Assembly (NCBI GenBank): GCA_051530055.1
Contig: CM121341.1
Span: 14,238,784 to 14,302,783 of the forward strand
Length of the DNA stretch: 64,000 nucleotides
Source of the DNA: Neoechinorhynchus agilis
Taxonomy: Eukaryota > Animalia > Acanthocephala
Direction: 5' to 3'
The position numbers and the translations under genes are program-made. Shown here piece by piece: positions 10,977 to 23,802 of the stretch (within the stretch, counting starts at the first letter, position 1; each line of letters begins with the position of its first letter). The notes beneath the pieces are model-generated. The model worked only from the letters and a program-made list of their open reading frames with translations, was not told where the DNA came from and did no database searches.

Positions 10977-13298
10977 ATGGAGCGCCTCCTGTTGTTGATA
11001 TGGCTGCTGCTGCATCATTTCATTCCAGCAGATTGTGCCAGTTTAGCAGTCCATTGCGGAAATAGTCACCAAAGAACGGCTACTACGAAATGTCCATGTA
11101 AAGCGGAGTGCCCCGAATCGACACCTCGTTGTAATGATTTGTGCATCGGTCCGATTAAATGTAGTAGTGACAACCAATCTTATTCAGTTCCGAACAAACC
11201 CAGCAATTTGAGCGAAAATTGCACGGATCGGTGTTTTTTTAAAGAATGCCAACCCAATGATCTAATCGTGGACAATCGCATTGATAATCAAACGTCGAGC
11301 ATTCCCTCTCAAGTAAGATGTAGTCGCATGAGTGAATCAAATCTGTTGTGCAATCGAACTAAATTTCCCAACGACAACAACAGCTCCTTTGTAGTCCGCA
11401 ATCACCTCCAAGTTCCTATGATTGTCCTTAACCTATCAACCAACATCGAAAACCCAAAGGCCAGATTAGCTATTGTTAATGTGTTCAAAGGGATACTTGT
11501 GCAGGCTTTTAAGCAAAATCAAATTAAATTGGAGGTGATAAATGTGACGTCCATGAATGATTGCGTTCAAGTCCTTTTTCCTCTTCCCAAAAATGGATCG
11601 ATTTCAGATGCACTCAAAATTGTCAAAAGTATCGATAGCTTACCGGAAGGTCTCCGATTGGCGACTGCAAGCGCACTTGTTCAAAAATCTCAATTTCGAT
11701 CGAAGGACAATGAAGATGGCCTCGTTATTCGTGCTCCCGTGTTTTTGCTTGTTTTGCTCATGTTGGTATTTATGATCCTATCAATTGTAACCATAATTCG
11801 ACGCACTCAACCAATTGCTAACAATTCAAAATTCGACAAAAAGGAAAACCAAAATGCGTCCAATCTGCAAAGTCAAAGAAGAAAAATTTACTTAATGTTA
11901 ACGTCTAAAACGTTCTCAGATTATGATAAGTCGATTCAGTTGAGTCGAATATTGGAATGTCCCCAAGAAAATCCCGATTGGAGAGTTGTTTTAAATGTGT
12001 TATCATCCTTGGACGATTCCACTTCAGAAAGTGCTCTGCATTTAGCCGTCCGACTTGGCTTATTCAACTGTACTTCCTATCTATTATCCAAGTATTCTGT
12101 GCTGGCTAAATGCCTCGATTCAGGTGGTCGAACAATAATCCACACGGTTGTTCGATCCAAGTGTCCTGCGATGTTGCAAGTGATACTCAATCACAGGCTC
12201 GAACATGTCGACCTCGATTCATCAGACAATGAAGGGCGAACTCCTTTACAATTGTGCGTCCTTTTAAACATGGTGTCCATGGGCCGAATGTTGTTATGCA
12301 GAGGAGTCATTGTTGATTTGGTCACTAGGAGTTTATGTGGGATGGAAAGATCCGTTTCGGCCTTGCACTTAGCAGCTGAGATGAATGCTGTCGAGGAAAT
12401 GAAGCTTCTTCTAAGCTTCGCGGCGAACGTGAACGTCCCCAATGACCGAGAAGAGACACCATTGATATTTGCGATTCAGCGCGACAACTACTCCGCCGCT
12501 CAACTCTTGATTTCTCGAGGTGCTATGTTGAACATAACAACTTCAATGAACGAAACACCAATTTCTTTAGCACTTAAGAGAAGTCATAGTATGCTCAGTC
12601 TTGTTTCATGTGCTCTCTTCGCTGAACAATTCGTTCGGCAAGCCAAAGAAGAAAGGATTAATGCTCGAAAACGATCAAGGCAGTCACAAGAAGCAAAACG
12701 ATCAAATATACCATTGAAGGGAGATGTATACAACGAGTCAAACTGCATTGATCCCGCCAGATATTCATTCGATCCGCCCATGACAAAGTACGCCAATCGA
12801 TTTCCTACTCCTCAGTATGCTCCAATATGTCCACCTAGAAATCAAATCATGTACGAATCTGCATACTGCAACAAATCGAACGGATCTTCTCAGGATAGTC
12901 TGTATGCACCGGCAAGGACAACGAACAACGGCGGTCTATCTTCGCCCGAACAATTTGTTCCAATATTTCAAGAAATGGATGTTCACTCGGCGAAGGAAAA
13001 CTATAATTACGGCAACGAATCAGCTTCATTTAGTCAAATCTCAACAAGTTCTCCGTTGCCTTCGTACCTCTCTATCCCAATGATGGAAAACGATCAGCAT
13101 TTTTATCAACAACCCGTCAATCCAACGATGTATGAAGACTCGCACAATCAACCACAATCGCATCCAAGTTCATTCATACTGCCAAGTGAACCAATGCAAT
13201 TGTATATACCGAACCAAAGGAGGTATTCGCCTTCTGAAGGATATGCTACTATGATATTAACCCCGTCTGCCGTACAATATCCAAATTTATTTCAATAA
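10977..13298 (+). CDS. Notch: Intronless Notch-like receptor lacking EGF repeats (Cys-rich/LNR-like ectodomain, TM, ankyrin repeats, PEST-like tail)
   Basis: Signal peptide MERLLLLIWLLL; Cys clusters; TM PVFLLVLLMLVFMILSIVTII followed by RR. Ankyrin SALHLAAEMN..LLLSFAANVNVPNDREETPLIFA closely parallels Notch ANK5-6 (SALHWAAAVN..NNREETPLFLA). C-terminal ILTPS resembles the Notch degron FLTPS. Confidence 0.8.
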   Translation: MERLLLLIWLLLHHFIPADCASLAVHCGNSHQRTATTKCPCKAECPESTPRCNDLCIGPIKCSSDNQSYSVPNKPSNLSENCTDRCFFKECQPNDLIVDNRIDNQTSSIPSQVRCSRMSESNLLCNRTKFPNDNNSSFVVRNHLQVPMIVLNLSTNIENPKARLAIVNVFKGILVQAFKQNQIKLEVINVTSMNDCVQVLFPLPKNGSISDALKIVKSIDSLPEGLRLATASALVQKSQFRSKDNEDGLVIRAPVFLLVLLMLVFMILSIVTIIRRTQPIANNSKFDKKENQNASNLQSQRRKIYLMLTSKTFSDYDKSIQLSRILECPQENPDWRVVLNVLSSLDDSTSESALHLAVRLGLFNCTSYLLSKYSVLAKCLDSGGRTIIHTVVRSKCPAMLQVILNHRLEHVDLDSSDNEGRTPLQLCVLLNMVSMGRMLLCRGVIVDLVTRSLCGMERSVSALHLAAEMNAVEEMKLLLSFAANVNVPNDREETPLIFAIQRDNYSAAQLLISRGAMLNITTSMNETPISLALKRSHSMLSLVSCALFAEQFVRQAKEERINARKRSRQSQEAKRSNIPLKGDVYNESNCIDPARYSFDPPMTKYANRFPTPQYAPICPPRNQIMYESAYCNKSNGSSQDSLYAPARTTNNGGLSSPEQFVPIFQEMDVHSAKENYNYGNESASFSQISTSSPLPSYLSIPMMENDQHFYQQPVNPTMYEDSHNQPQSHPSSFILPSEPMQLYIPNQRRYSPSEGYATMILTPSAVQYPNLFQ

Positions 13299-13499
13299 CT
13301 TGCCCTTGTGCTTGAGCTTTAATAGTGTGTTGATTTGAGTCTCCATCAATATCAAAGTACATATGATTCCATGTAAATGCAAATAACAAAATGATTTAGT
13401 CAGCATAGCGGCTATTATGGCGAATAACTCGATAGTGTTGATTTTACTGAATGTTCTTATTTAAGCAATATACGCGATTCAAACCGATTTTATTTTTGA

Positions 13500-14430
13500 T
13501 TAATGTTTCGGAGTTTTACTCTCTCTTCATGGTCCAGCAAAACAATCTACAAATGTAATCAAAACAAGGTTAGTGAGGAAGTCAATTCGTTCCGTTTGTT
13601 GACAAGCAGTCTTACTTTTCACCTCTTTCGAGATACAATGCTTCCGCAAGTGAAAGTTCCAATGATTCCCTCGCTTGTTACTTCACGGCAGTCGAAAGCC
13701 TTACTCTTTGATCTAGGTGGAACCCTGGGTGGTGTTTGGCCCATGGAAGCCGCGTTTGGATTTAACTCGCTATGTAAGTGTTCACAAATACATCCGTTTT
13801 CCCAATGTAGACGACCTGGATATGTTCCTGTGTGAATTGAACATATTTAGTATCGTAGACGATATTGTCCCTCGTGCAAAGTGGCTTTTGTGAGACGTTG
13901 GACCCTGGACATTGTCACCCGCATGCTTGCACATGAGGCACGAAATCAAGCACTGTGACGCTTTCTTGTGATGTGCTTTTTTCGTTAGGATTCGGTGTAA
14001 TGTTGAAGCGCTCCTGTGAACCAATCGAACCTCCAGTCCTGTCTCTTAAAAAAGCATCCTGATGTCGCTCGTGAATTCTTCGCGAACGAATGGGATCATG
14101 AGGATCGGTAACGATTCGCTACTCTTTTCCCTATTCCTTGGGGGCCCGACGACCGATTCTGCTCGGCGTTGAAGCCTCTCAATTTCCCCATACCCATAGC
14201 AATTTTGAGCGAGCATTCTGTTGAAAACTCCAACAGCGGTCCTTACAGCTACCATTTAATGCCGACGATACTACCACATTTGAATGGTACCGTAAGCTTT
14301 GCAACTGCTGCCAACGTGAGACGTGTAATGGTGATGAAACAAAGGAACGAGTTAACTTCCTCACGGACCTTGTTCTGACTACCTTTTTAGATTGTTTTGA
14401 AAGATCCTGAAGAGAGCGTTATACTCTGAA
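13500..14430 (-). mobile_element. Degenerate Penelope-like element (Cys linker + GIY-YIG)
   Basis: Minus strand LCTRDNIVY...VVYIGKT (GIY-YIG), upstream CLMCKH and LPILMIPFVREEF thumb-like segment; stops and frameshifts. Confidence 0.7.
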
Positions 14431-14561
14431 ATATTTGCCAGAAATAAATTTGGTTTCAATCGTTTACATTGTTTAAATAAGGACATTCGAAAAGACTAAC
14501 ATGCGGTTGAGAAAACAGTCAAAAATCCACTAACTGACCATAATGAAGATTAGTTGTTTCT

Positions 14562-17500
14562 AAAAAAAATTTATTCGTCAAAGGCAAACCATGGATCGAC
14601 CGCTGTCGCTGAATAACCAAAGCAACATTCCATAGTTAAGTATCCGTTTTTTTATTTGAGGTCACAATCCGATCGACTGCATGGATTTGTTGGCCTTATC
14701 TGCTGAGGAAATCCACTCGAAGGGTAGTCTCGACAGGATTTTCAAGAATACACAGCGGAATTTTAGGCGTTGTTCTGGAGGCCTTCCTCTGGAATAAAAA
14801 ACTAGGCCTGAAATAGCCCAAGAGCACCATATTACTTTGCATATCTTGGCGCTAAGCCCAATACGAGCGGCACGTCTCGCCTTAACTCTGGCTGGCTTTA
14901 AAAGTTTTTTCATCTTGTGTATATCGGAAGCGGGCGAGAGGTTATTAGTGAAAGTATAACCTAAAATATCACGCTTCTTATAAGCAGGGTCGAAATCTAA
15001 CCCAAAAAATCGTTGATATAATCCCGGATGTGCTTCTTACCCACTCGAGATTTAGATTTGATTAAAAATTTCGTCTTCTTTTGATTCAAAGAGAGACCCA
15101 TTTGAGGTAGGTGGGATTTTAAAAAGTTCAGCACGGCAGCCAGTTTCGCACGTGCTCTCAAATAATTTAACTCTTTGATAACTACAGTAAGGTCATCGGC
15201 GTACATAGTGACGCTACGACAAATCGTGCAATTTTTAATCATAAATTGAGTTGCCAAGCAAAAAAGTATGGATCATCTTCAAAGAAAAATCGTTTACATT
15301 TCAGGATGTTGTTCACCCTAGCAATTATATTAAAAGGAAAACAAAAAAATCTTAAAATATTCACCATAAAAGCAATGTCAATATTATCAAAAGCTTTAGA
15401 AATATCGAAAGAGATAAGAATGTTCGTTGACTTGGGGTGACTAAAAACGTTATCTATTATTTGAGCAATTGCAGTATGAACAGATTTCCCTGGGAGGAAA
15501 CCATGACAGCGCTCATCAATAAGGTGATGTTTAAAAGAAAAATCCATTATAATTTTGGCCAGAACTCGCTCGTATATGGAAACAAACGAATTCTGAATGG
15601 AGATAGGTCTCACATCACTAGGTGAAAAAACAGCCCTACCTTTTTTCTTACAGAGAAATATTCTATTCGCTATGTTTATCTGAGACCATTCATCAGGGGA
15701 TGCTGCCAACATGTGCGCACCTAAGGAAGTGATATTTGATTGAGAACGTTGGTGGCCTTGAAACAGGGGGAAGAACCATTGTTCGATGTAAGATTTCTTG
15801 AACCCCACCAAATGATAAAATCATTCCGGCATAAATCAAAACGACGAGGCTTAATTTGAATAAAATTATTGAAGACCGGGACATTACTTGCTCCATTACA
15901 ATGTTCAATGCAAAGAGCGCTAATAACATTGTCCCACCCCGAGGTTTTAATCCAACTCGCTGCGGCCCTTTTCCACGGACAGAATCTTTTTGGTGCAACG
16001 ACATGCCACCAAGGAGAGGAATAATGCATAAAATGGTTAATTCGCTTACTGTCGCAAGCTATTTGAAATCGAGTTCTACAGGGCCAGTATAAAGAGGACC
16101 AAAACTTAATCGACTCCCGATCATCGATTGCCTTGGCCATAAAAAGTTGTCTGCCATACAGGGAAAGTACTTTTGGTTTCTGCATTTTCGACCCGATACT
16201 TCTCGTGACCGTTGTTAAAATCGAGTCATTAGTTGTGACCACAAATTCATTTAAGTCCTTTAGCTGATCAAAAGCGCCAAAAGTGAAAGCCAAATTTATG
16301 GCAGCGTTAAAGATGTTGATATTAAGTGCACTAAACTTAAATCTACGGCTCAACAGAATATTTCGTCCCAAATCCGACACTAAGATATCGTATCCAGCAA
16401 TACGGAAAATTGATGATTGAGAAACCAGTTTGGGTTTAACGAATGAGTTAATTCGAGCAAGACACAAATCTAGAAAAGAATGAGACCTGCCGTCGGTAAA
16501 CGTGGGGTCCACAGGGACAATAAGGTCGTGGGTCTCATTTGTGAGAAGGGTCGTTGAAATCTCCGAAGCAAAAGTCAATTCCGGATGCTAAAACATTTTT
16601 TATAAGATCTTTATTATGAGTGAGGTGTATTTTCCCAGGTTTAATATAGAAATTACCTAAGAGCAATTTCCTCCCCAAGAAAAGTATTGAAAATAAAGCG
16701 TAAGACAAATCTGGGGAAGTAAACTCGGAAATTAGGGTTGGTTGGAGGCAAGTTTTAAAAATGGATAATAAACCTTGAGAGTAGTTTAAAGGGGGTTTTG
16801 TACAAAATAAAGAATATTCACTAGATAAAATAGTAAAATCATTCGGGAGGTTATTAAGAGAGTACAGCGACTTAGTTTCTTGGACAAAAGTAATATCACT
16901 TCTCAGTGCTTCAGACAAAAGGCCAGGAATACCCAGAAGCCCGCCTGCGTTCCACTGCGCAATTCTCAATTCCATTGAGACCTACCCTTGATGAGATTTT
17001 GGACCCCGTCAGCACATACCTGGGTTTGTTCGCTTATGATGTTGCTCACGAACTCCTCGGCCTTGTACATATCCACATCGTCTACACCGTTGCTACTTGA
17101 AACCAGTGCTCGCCTGCGTTTGCAGGGTGCTGGAGCTACCCCGGTCGCGATCTGAATATCTTTGAATTTTGTCGAGAGAGTTTCGATGAGACGGTTTAAC
17201 TGGGCAGACAATCTCCTCTCAAGACCCTGAATGGCCGCGGTTATTCGTAGATCGACCATGTCGAGGATTTTAGCGGCGAAATCAGCAAACTTCTTTTCCA
17301 AGGTGTCATCATAAGTCGTTCGTAGATTATTAACATCTTTGGATGTGCTCAGTTGTTGCCTTGGGTATGTTTTTATGGTTGTATTGGTTGTTGCAGATCC
17401 TCTTATGGGTTTGTCCTTTGTCGTATTCCAACTATTCTGGGCAACTCGAGTGTCGGATGAATTATTTCCCTTGGATCCAAGCAGTCTCGCCCACACAAAA

Positions 17501-18318
17501 TATTCCTTAAATGCTTCACAATTCTTCGAGAACGCACAATGTCCATCTCGATCGCAGTTTGAGCAGTGCCTTTTGTTTTTGTCACATTTGGTACTGTTGT
17601 GGTCTTGGCCACAAAAAGCGCATCGCGTGACCTTGGACGGGCACCTCTGCTCCCAATGTCCCCAACATTGACACCCACTGCACCGAGGAAAGTAATAGTC
17701 GTCGCAACGCGAAATCTCGTTTGAAGTAAATTTAACCTCCATGGATTGGAAGAAGGATCGCTCAGTGCAAAGTGCGTCCCTCCGTTCGACCGCAGCTTTT
17801 ACAATAGCTTTGGGAATATACTTCCCCGTTCTTGATGACTTCAGGAAAAAGAGCAACTTGACTCCGAATTTTTCCTCGAACGCTATCTTATCTGCATCAT
17901 CAATATCTGGAGAGAGCCCAGAAACGATAAAGGTTGATTTATAACTTGTGTTCGAAATTGTCACACCTGCAAGGTTGCAGTTTTTCTTGATGAAAGCCAG
18001 ATAAGCCTTCATAAAATCCGCTGCTATAAACCTGATTTTCAATATTCCTCCGAAATAGCTGATAGATGAAATGCGATGGATATCATCCTTAAACGATTTG
18101 AGCCACGGAGCCAGATAACGTCTGTGTAGCTCTTCTCTGGGTTGTATTGGATTTGCTTCGATTCTTATCGTATTGGGCCATCTTTTTGAAGGCACCTCCA
18201 CGAAGTGCATACTGTTTTGATCGCTGAGAAGTTGACTCCGAATGTCCGGACGCACGGGAATTCTCAGAACATTGGGTGGCGTTCGCACCGCAACAGCTTG
18301 TTGCGCACACATTTGACG
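14562..18318 (-). mobile_element. LINE A: apparently full-length I/Jockey-superfamily element (ORF1 with 3 zinc knuckles; ORF2 APE-RT frameshifted)
   Basis: Intact 448-aa ORF1 (CSGCQCWGHWEQRC, CAFCGQDHNSTKC, CSNCDRDGHC); APE IAQWNAGG..FVQETK..GDFND; RT VRPISI..HGFLPGKS..FDISKAFD and MYADD. Flanked by tagttgtttct at 14551-14561 and 18319-18329. Confidence 0.92.
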
Positions 18319-18499
18319 TAGTTGTTTCTATAAAAAAATTTTATTCGCAAAGGACCATGTGAGACGTAGTTGTTTCTTGTTCATTGACCTATGTATGTAG
18401 TGTTCACAGGTTATCGATTTTTATGCATGTTTTTTAAACGAAGCACAAATCGCTACGTTAAGTTCAAGTGAACGTTCTTGAAAAGTATTTACAATAAAC

Positions 18500-21480
18500 G
18501 TTATGACCTACAACCTACCGAGAATTCCGAAAAGACCTCATCGAAACATTGACCACCAATTCCCACCCGACCGAACAACGTCCGCCGCACGCTCGCTGGC
18601 GAGGGGCGGCCCAGTCTCCAATGCAAATCGGTCAAATGCAATGTTTGTCTTCGTGACTTCAAACCCATTCTCAGTTGTCTCGTCCGCTCCCACGGTCAAC
18701 ATGGGTCGCATTGCCCTGGATCCAGAAAACCGCCAACTCAGCCTGTCTCTCCGTCTTCATCTAATCTATCCAATCCAACCGAACTCACAACTGTGGTCAC
18801 AGACACGAATGGCCCACCTCCAGCACTTATCGAGATGCTTTCACACGGTACCCGAATGACTAGACGAATCCCGCGAGACGCTAGGTCCTCCGTAGCCTCC
18901 AAATTAGCATGCCTGATCGAGTGCATCATACGTGATCCGACCGTACCATCTGACTGGTTCAACCTCCTCGCGTTTCCGAAAGCCGTCTCACGTGTTCCCA
19001 CACAAACATCTGAAGCCAACGAGAATCAATCGCTTAGCCAAGAGATTCGCAACAGGTCCGACGCATGGCAGAGCCATAGCCGTAATGCTCCTCACAACTC
19101 GGAATCTCAACCCCTGCCTGAACTGCTCCGAGAAGCTGGAGGACGGCGATCAGAGGGGTGCCGTTCGACTTGTAAGCGGAACGGACCGCCTACTCGCGCC
19201 GAACAAGGACATCCTCGACTCCTTAAAATTGAAGCACCCTCCACGCATCACAGAGCCCGACCGCGACCCCCTCATACCCATTACAGTCTCCGCTGTCACT
19301 TCCGCTCTGAAATCGTTTCCGCCATCGTCAGCTGGAGGGCATGATGGTTTGAGCCCTCGACACTTACGGGATTTGACCTGCTTCTCTTCTGGAGATCAAG
19401 GTACGTGATTGCTGAACGCAATCACCGAGCTCACACGCGTAATAATTCGCAGTCCCGTACCTCCTCCAGTCGCTCGTCTACTCTGCGGTACCAAGCTGAT
19501 CGCTTTCACAAAAAGGTGGAGGAGTTCGTCCCATTGCCATGGGTTGCACCTTCCGTCGATTGGCATCCAAAGTCACATGTCAGTTCGCCACCGATCGATT
19601 GATCGATCAACTCTTGCCGGTTCAATTAGGAGTCGGAGTTCCTGCTGGAGCCGAGGCGGCCGTACATGCAGTGCGAGCGCATAGTCGGAATGGTATCCAT
19701 AAGGGAACGGCTATGGTCATGCTTGACATGGAGAACGCCTTCAATTCAATATGCCGCACCGAGATGACGGAGGTTGTCCACCAGCACTTACCAGAAATCT
19801 ACCAGTACGTGTCCTTGTGTTACGACCAGTTCAGCATGCTGCTCTTCGGCGAGTTCCAGGTCGAATCAGCAGAGGGTGTTCAACTAGGTGATCCTCTAGG
19901 TCCTCTGCTGTTCGCATTGACGATCAATCATCTTGCCCACAGCTCTTCGTCAGAGTTATCGATCTGGTGCCTTGATGACTGTTGCATCAGAGGGGATCGA
20001 CCAGCTCATCCGCGACATCAAAAACATCTCCGAAATGGGTGCCGATATCGGACTATTCCTGAGAACGGACAAATGCGAAATAATTTCGAACGACCAAGAG
20101 GATGCATCGAGACTGCTCACCGTAATCTCCGGAGCAAAGACAACTGCAATCGACTCGGCTGACATTCTCGGGTCTCCAATCGGTAACCTGTCCAACCTGG
20201 AAACGCTAATCTCAAAAGCCATCGATCAATTGCGGCTCACTGCCTCCAGGCTCTTGCACATCGCGCGACACGACCCTCTGTTCACACTAGGACGATGTCT
20301 GTCGCTACCGAAAATTGCGTACCTTCTAAGGACTTCTCCATGCTTCAAGTAAGTGCTCAAAAGGGATGTCGACAACTGCGTTCGATCAACCCTGTCAAAT
20401 CCTTAACCTACGACTGTCTGACACAGCATGGAAACAGGCGATCTTTCCCATTCGATTCGGCGGTCTTGGCATCCAGAGTGCCACCGAAGTAGCAATTCCT
20501 GCCTTTTCGTCATCGATTTCGGTCTCTTCAGACCTGGTGCTGGGAATCATCCCACCACACACTCGACTAGTCGCATCCACCACCTGAACTGATTGAAGCG
20601 CACGCTCAATGGACATCAGTGTTCGGGCAGGTCGTTCCAACGGAAACAAACTCCCAAAAACGTTAAACTGCCTCGCTCCACACTGCGTCCTATCAGCAGC
20701 TTCTCAACTCATGCTCATCTCCCACCGATAGAGCTCGTCTCCTGGCAGTCTCAGCTACACACTCCAGAGACTTCTTGAAGGCTTTCCCGCTCACGGCTCT
20801 TGGTACGAGGCTGGATGACCAAGCCATCACCGTCGCTGTGGTACTTCAGTTGGCATCAATTTATCAGGCTCATATATGTCGGTGGGGTGAGACAGTTAAC
20901 AGGTCCAGAACTCACGGCCTTGATTGCAAGCGTTCAAATGCTCGCCACGCACGGCACTCAGCAGTCACCCGCATAATCAAGGTAGCCCTCTCAACGGCCG
21001 GTTTTCTCGCTCGATTCGAACCAGTCGGACTTTCCCGCAACTACGGTAAACGCCCTAATGGAGCGACTCTCCTCCCATGGTGCTCCGGGAAAATACTGGT
21101 TTGGGATTTTACCTGCCCCAGCACGCTCGCTGCATCCCACTTACGGGATACCACCTCAAAAGCGAGAGCAGCCGCCAGCTTCAGCGAGGAAAAGAAGCGG
21201 CATAAGTACTCCTCGCTCGATGGGCATCAATATGTATTCATCCCGATTGAGGTGGAATCGCTGGGATGCCTCGGGAAAGAAGCCGATTATTTCCTTTCCC
21301 GACTGAGAAAGATGCTGAAATATGTCACCGGCGATATGCGCTCCAGCAGCTTCCTGCTGCAGCGAATCCGCGAGGCGATCCAACGCGGCAATGCAGCGGC
21401 CATCAAGGAAGCTGCCGAACAATCATAACGTATGAGTAATGCGGATTTCATATGACTGCGAAATAAAATTCTGTGACTGG
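18500..21480 (+). mobile_element. Long CRE-type RT-REL retrotransposon, multiply frameshifted, head-to-head with LINE A
   Basis: RIPRDARSSVA, SAGGHDGLSPRHL, QLGVGVPAGAEAAVHA, LDMENAFNS, QLGDPLGPLLF, WCLDD, endonuclease LVWDFTC..IPIEVESLG, terminal IQRGNAAAI. Confidence 0.92.
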
Positions 21481-21655
21481 AATTCCAGCTAAGAATATAA
21501 AAATAAGTGTTTTTCAACCTATGAGTTTGGCCTAACGTTTTGATTGCTGAAGGTTTCTAAATTTACGATCTACACTTAAGGTCATTTCACACTTCTGCGT
21601 TTTCAAGATTCGAATGTTGAAGGTTCACCTTTGAACTTTTGGAAATGTGTGAACC

Positions 21656-22149
21656 ATGAAGGCCCAATTTCATTTACCTCTTTTGACTCTGTTCACTTGT
21701 CTATTCTGTGAATATATTTCGGGTCGAGACACAGGGTTTCCAGACTTGTTAAAAGTATTGAGTTTTCACATTTTTCCAACACTTGATGCAGAAGCTACCG
21801 GTCGATTTCACAGTTCTGCTGGCTATTTTGGCTCTTTTAGTTGGGTGAGTATCTTTATTTGATAACATGGAAGCATTCAACCTATCCTAGAGCCGGAACC
21901 GGTCTATGTCTGGTGTACGTGCTCCGACGAAAAAAGAGTGCAAATTGTGTAGAAGGTCGCGAAGCTCATCTTCAAATGGGAAATGTAAGAGCTTCACCGC
22001 TCGGATCGCCTCATCATTTCTATCGACCTTATCACGGAGAAGAGGGTGAGATGCAGAATGAACCTCGTCGTAGTCTTGAGGACAAGAGTAACGATGACAG
22101 TCTCCCATCGTATGAGACCGCAAGGCATAACAATAATTTAAAAGTCTGA
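21656..22149 (+). CDS. Small type I membrane protein with LPSY (PY-like) motif, 3 exons
   Basis: Signal peptide; short GT-AG introns (gtattg..gatgcag, gtgagt..tcctag) give TM FTVLLAILALLVGAGTGLCLVYVL followed by RRKK and cytoplasmic SLPSYETA. Confidence 0.65.
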
Positions 22150-22707
22150 TTTAATAACTGCTGATTAAAGAAAATCAAACTTGTTAAGTCCTGATTATTT
22201 CTATTTCTGGGACAGCTATTAAATTGCGAATAGAAGCATCAAAGAAATTACGTTTTTAACTTTTTCTATTTGACTATGTCGAAAGTTAGAGACAGTAATC
22301 TTAATTGTGGTGGGTATTGCTTTTAAAATGACTAAATGTAATGAAATACCATCGAGATACTGCAGTTTGTCTCGCACCAGAACCATAAAAGGAATACGAA
22401 TTGTGGTGAAAGTACTCTCAGGCATGACATATGTTGTTTATTTGAACTATGTCAATTCTAATGCGATTATCTCGAAGGATTTTCTATCGTTTATAAAATA
22501 ATAGAATGTTGATGTTCGGTTTCAATATCTTTTAGTCTGTCAAATATGCCCTTGAATAAAAAAGGAGCAAATTGGTATTTTACCTCGAAGGCCAGTTTTA
22601 TCCTTTTAAAGTCCTGGTTAGCCGCTCGGTGCATCGCATTTATAAATAAACACATTTTTTAATTTTAACATTCTTCAATTATACACACACATTCATATAT
22701 TTTAATT

Positions 22708-23802
22708 CGAGTTTGGCGATGTTTTTTCCCCGGATTATTGTTGGTGTTGATCATTTATTTTAAAATATTTCGTAAGCATTTTGCTTACCCCTTGAGTTAT
22801 ATCTACAAATTAAGCTAAAGTTAAAATTGGACTATAGGCCTGGATCCGCAGGTTCGCCAAGCGCCATGTCGATGTACCATGAACCTAACTTACCTTGGGG
22901 ACCCCCGGTATGGATCAGTCACCAGCCAATGTAACACAAACATCCACAGTACCTTCGTACTTCGAACGAGCCAAACAAATAACGTCAAGAGTGAGCACAC
23001 TCAATCAAGAATATCGCAACATAACACAAGTGCTTAAATCAAGAGGATATCCATGGTCGATAATCAAGCGAGGCAAGCAACGAATCAACCGTCCAAAACG
23101 AGTAAAAGAAACCAAGACAGCCGGACCCAAGATGTATGCATCTCTTAAGATCGTGAGCGATACGGCAAGTAAGAAGCTAAATGATCCGAAGAAAAATATT
23201 CGAACCTAAGAATCTTGTACAACAAAGGTCCAACTATCACAGGATTACTCAAGAAGAAGAGGAGTAGAGAATGCACAAAGGAGGGTATATAAAATCCCAT
23301 GCACGGAATGTGATCCTATCTATGTGGGACAAACGATGCAAGGATTGTCCAAAAGAATAGCACAACACAAACAGGCGCGCAGGAGGTTTGATGGTTCCTC
23401 AGCGATTTCCAATCGACAGGAGAAGGAAAAACACCGTATGGACTTCGGGCGAGCATCAATAATACAGGCTGAGGCTAATTTACGAAGGAGATTGGTAATG
23501 GAGGCAATATACATCACAGGGAATGTAACCATGGAGGGTAACAAAGCGAATCATACGCTAGTACTTTCCGAAAATTCTTGACAAAATAAAACCAAAACGT
23601 TAGATCACCGTAGCTTGTACGTAGGTGATTCACCCCATACACGGCACTTGGCGAACCCGCGCATCCACGCCTATAGTCCAATTTTGACTTTAGCTTAATT
23701 TGTAGGCATAACTGAAGAGGTAAGCAAAAAACTTACGATATATTTTAAAATAAATGATCAACAGCAACAACAATCCGGGGGAAAAGCATCGCCAAAAATT
23801 CT
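22708..23802. mobile_element. ~160-bp inverted repeats enclosing a Penelope 3' fragment
   Basis: 22708-22868 is the imperfect reverse complement of 23640-23802 (tttggcgatg..ccggatt..gatcatttattttaaaat..aaattaagctaaag..ggactatagg..ttcgccaag). Confidence 0.85.
22870..23640 (+). mobile_element. Penelope-like fragment (RT thumb + GIY-YIG endonuclease)
   Basis: EYRNITQVLKSRGYP; VYKIPCTECDPIYVGQTMQGLSKRIAQH; LVMEAIYI. Confidence 0.85.
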
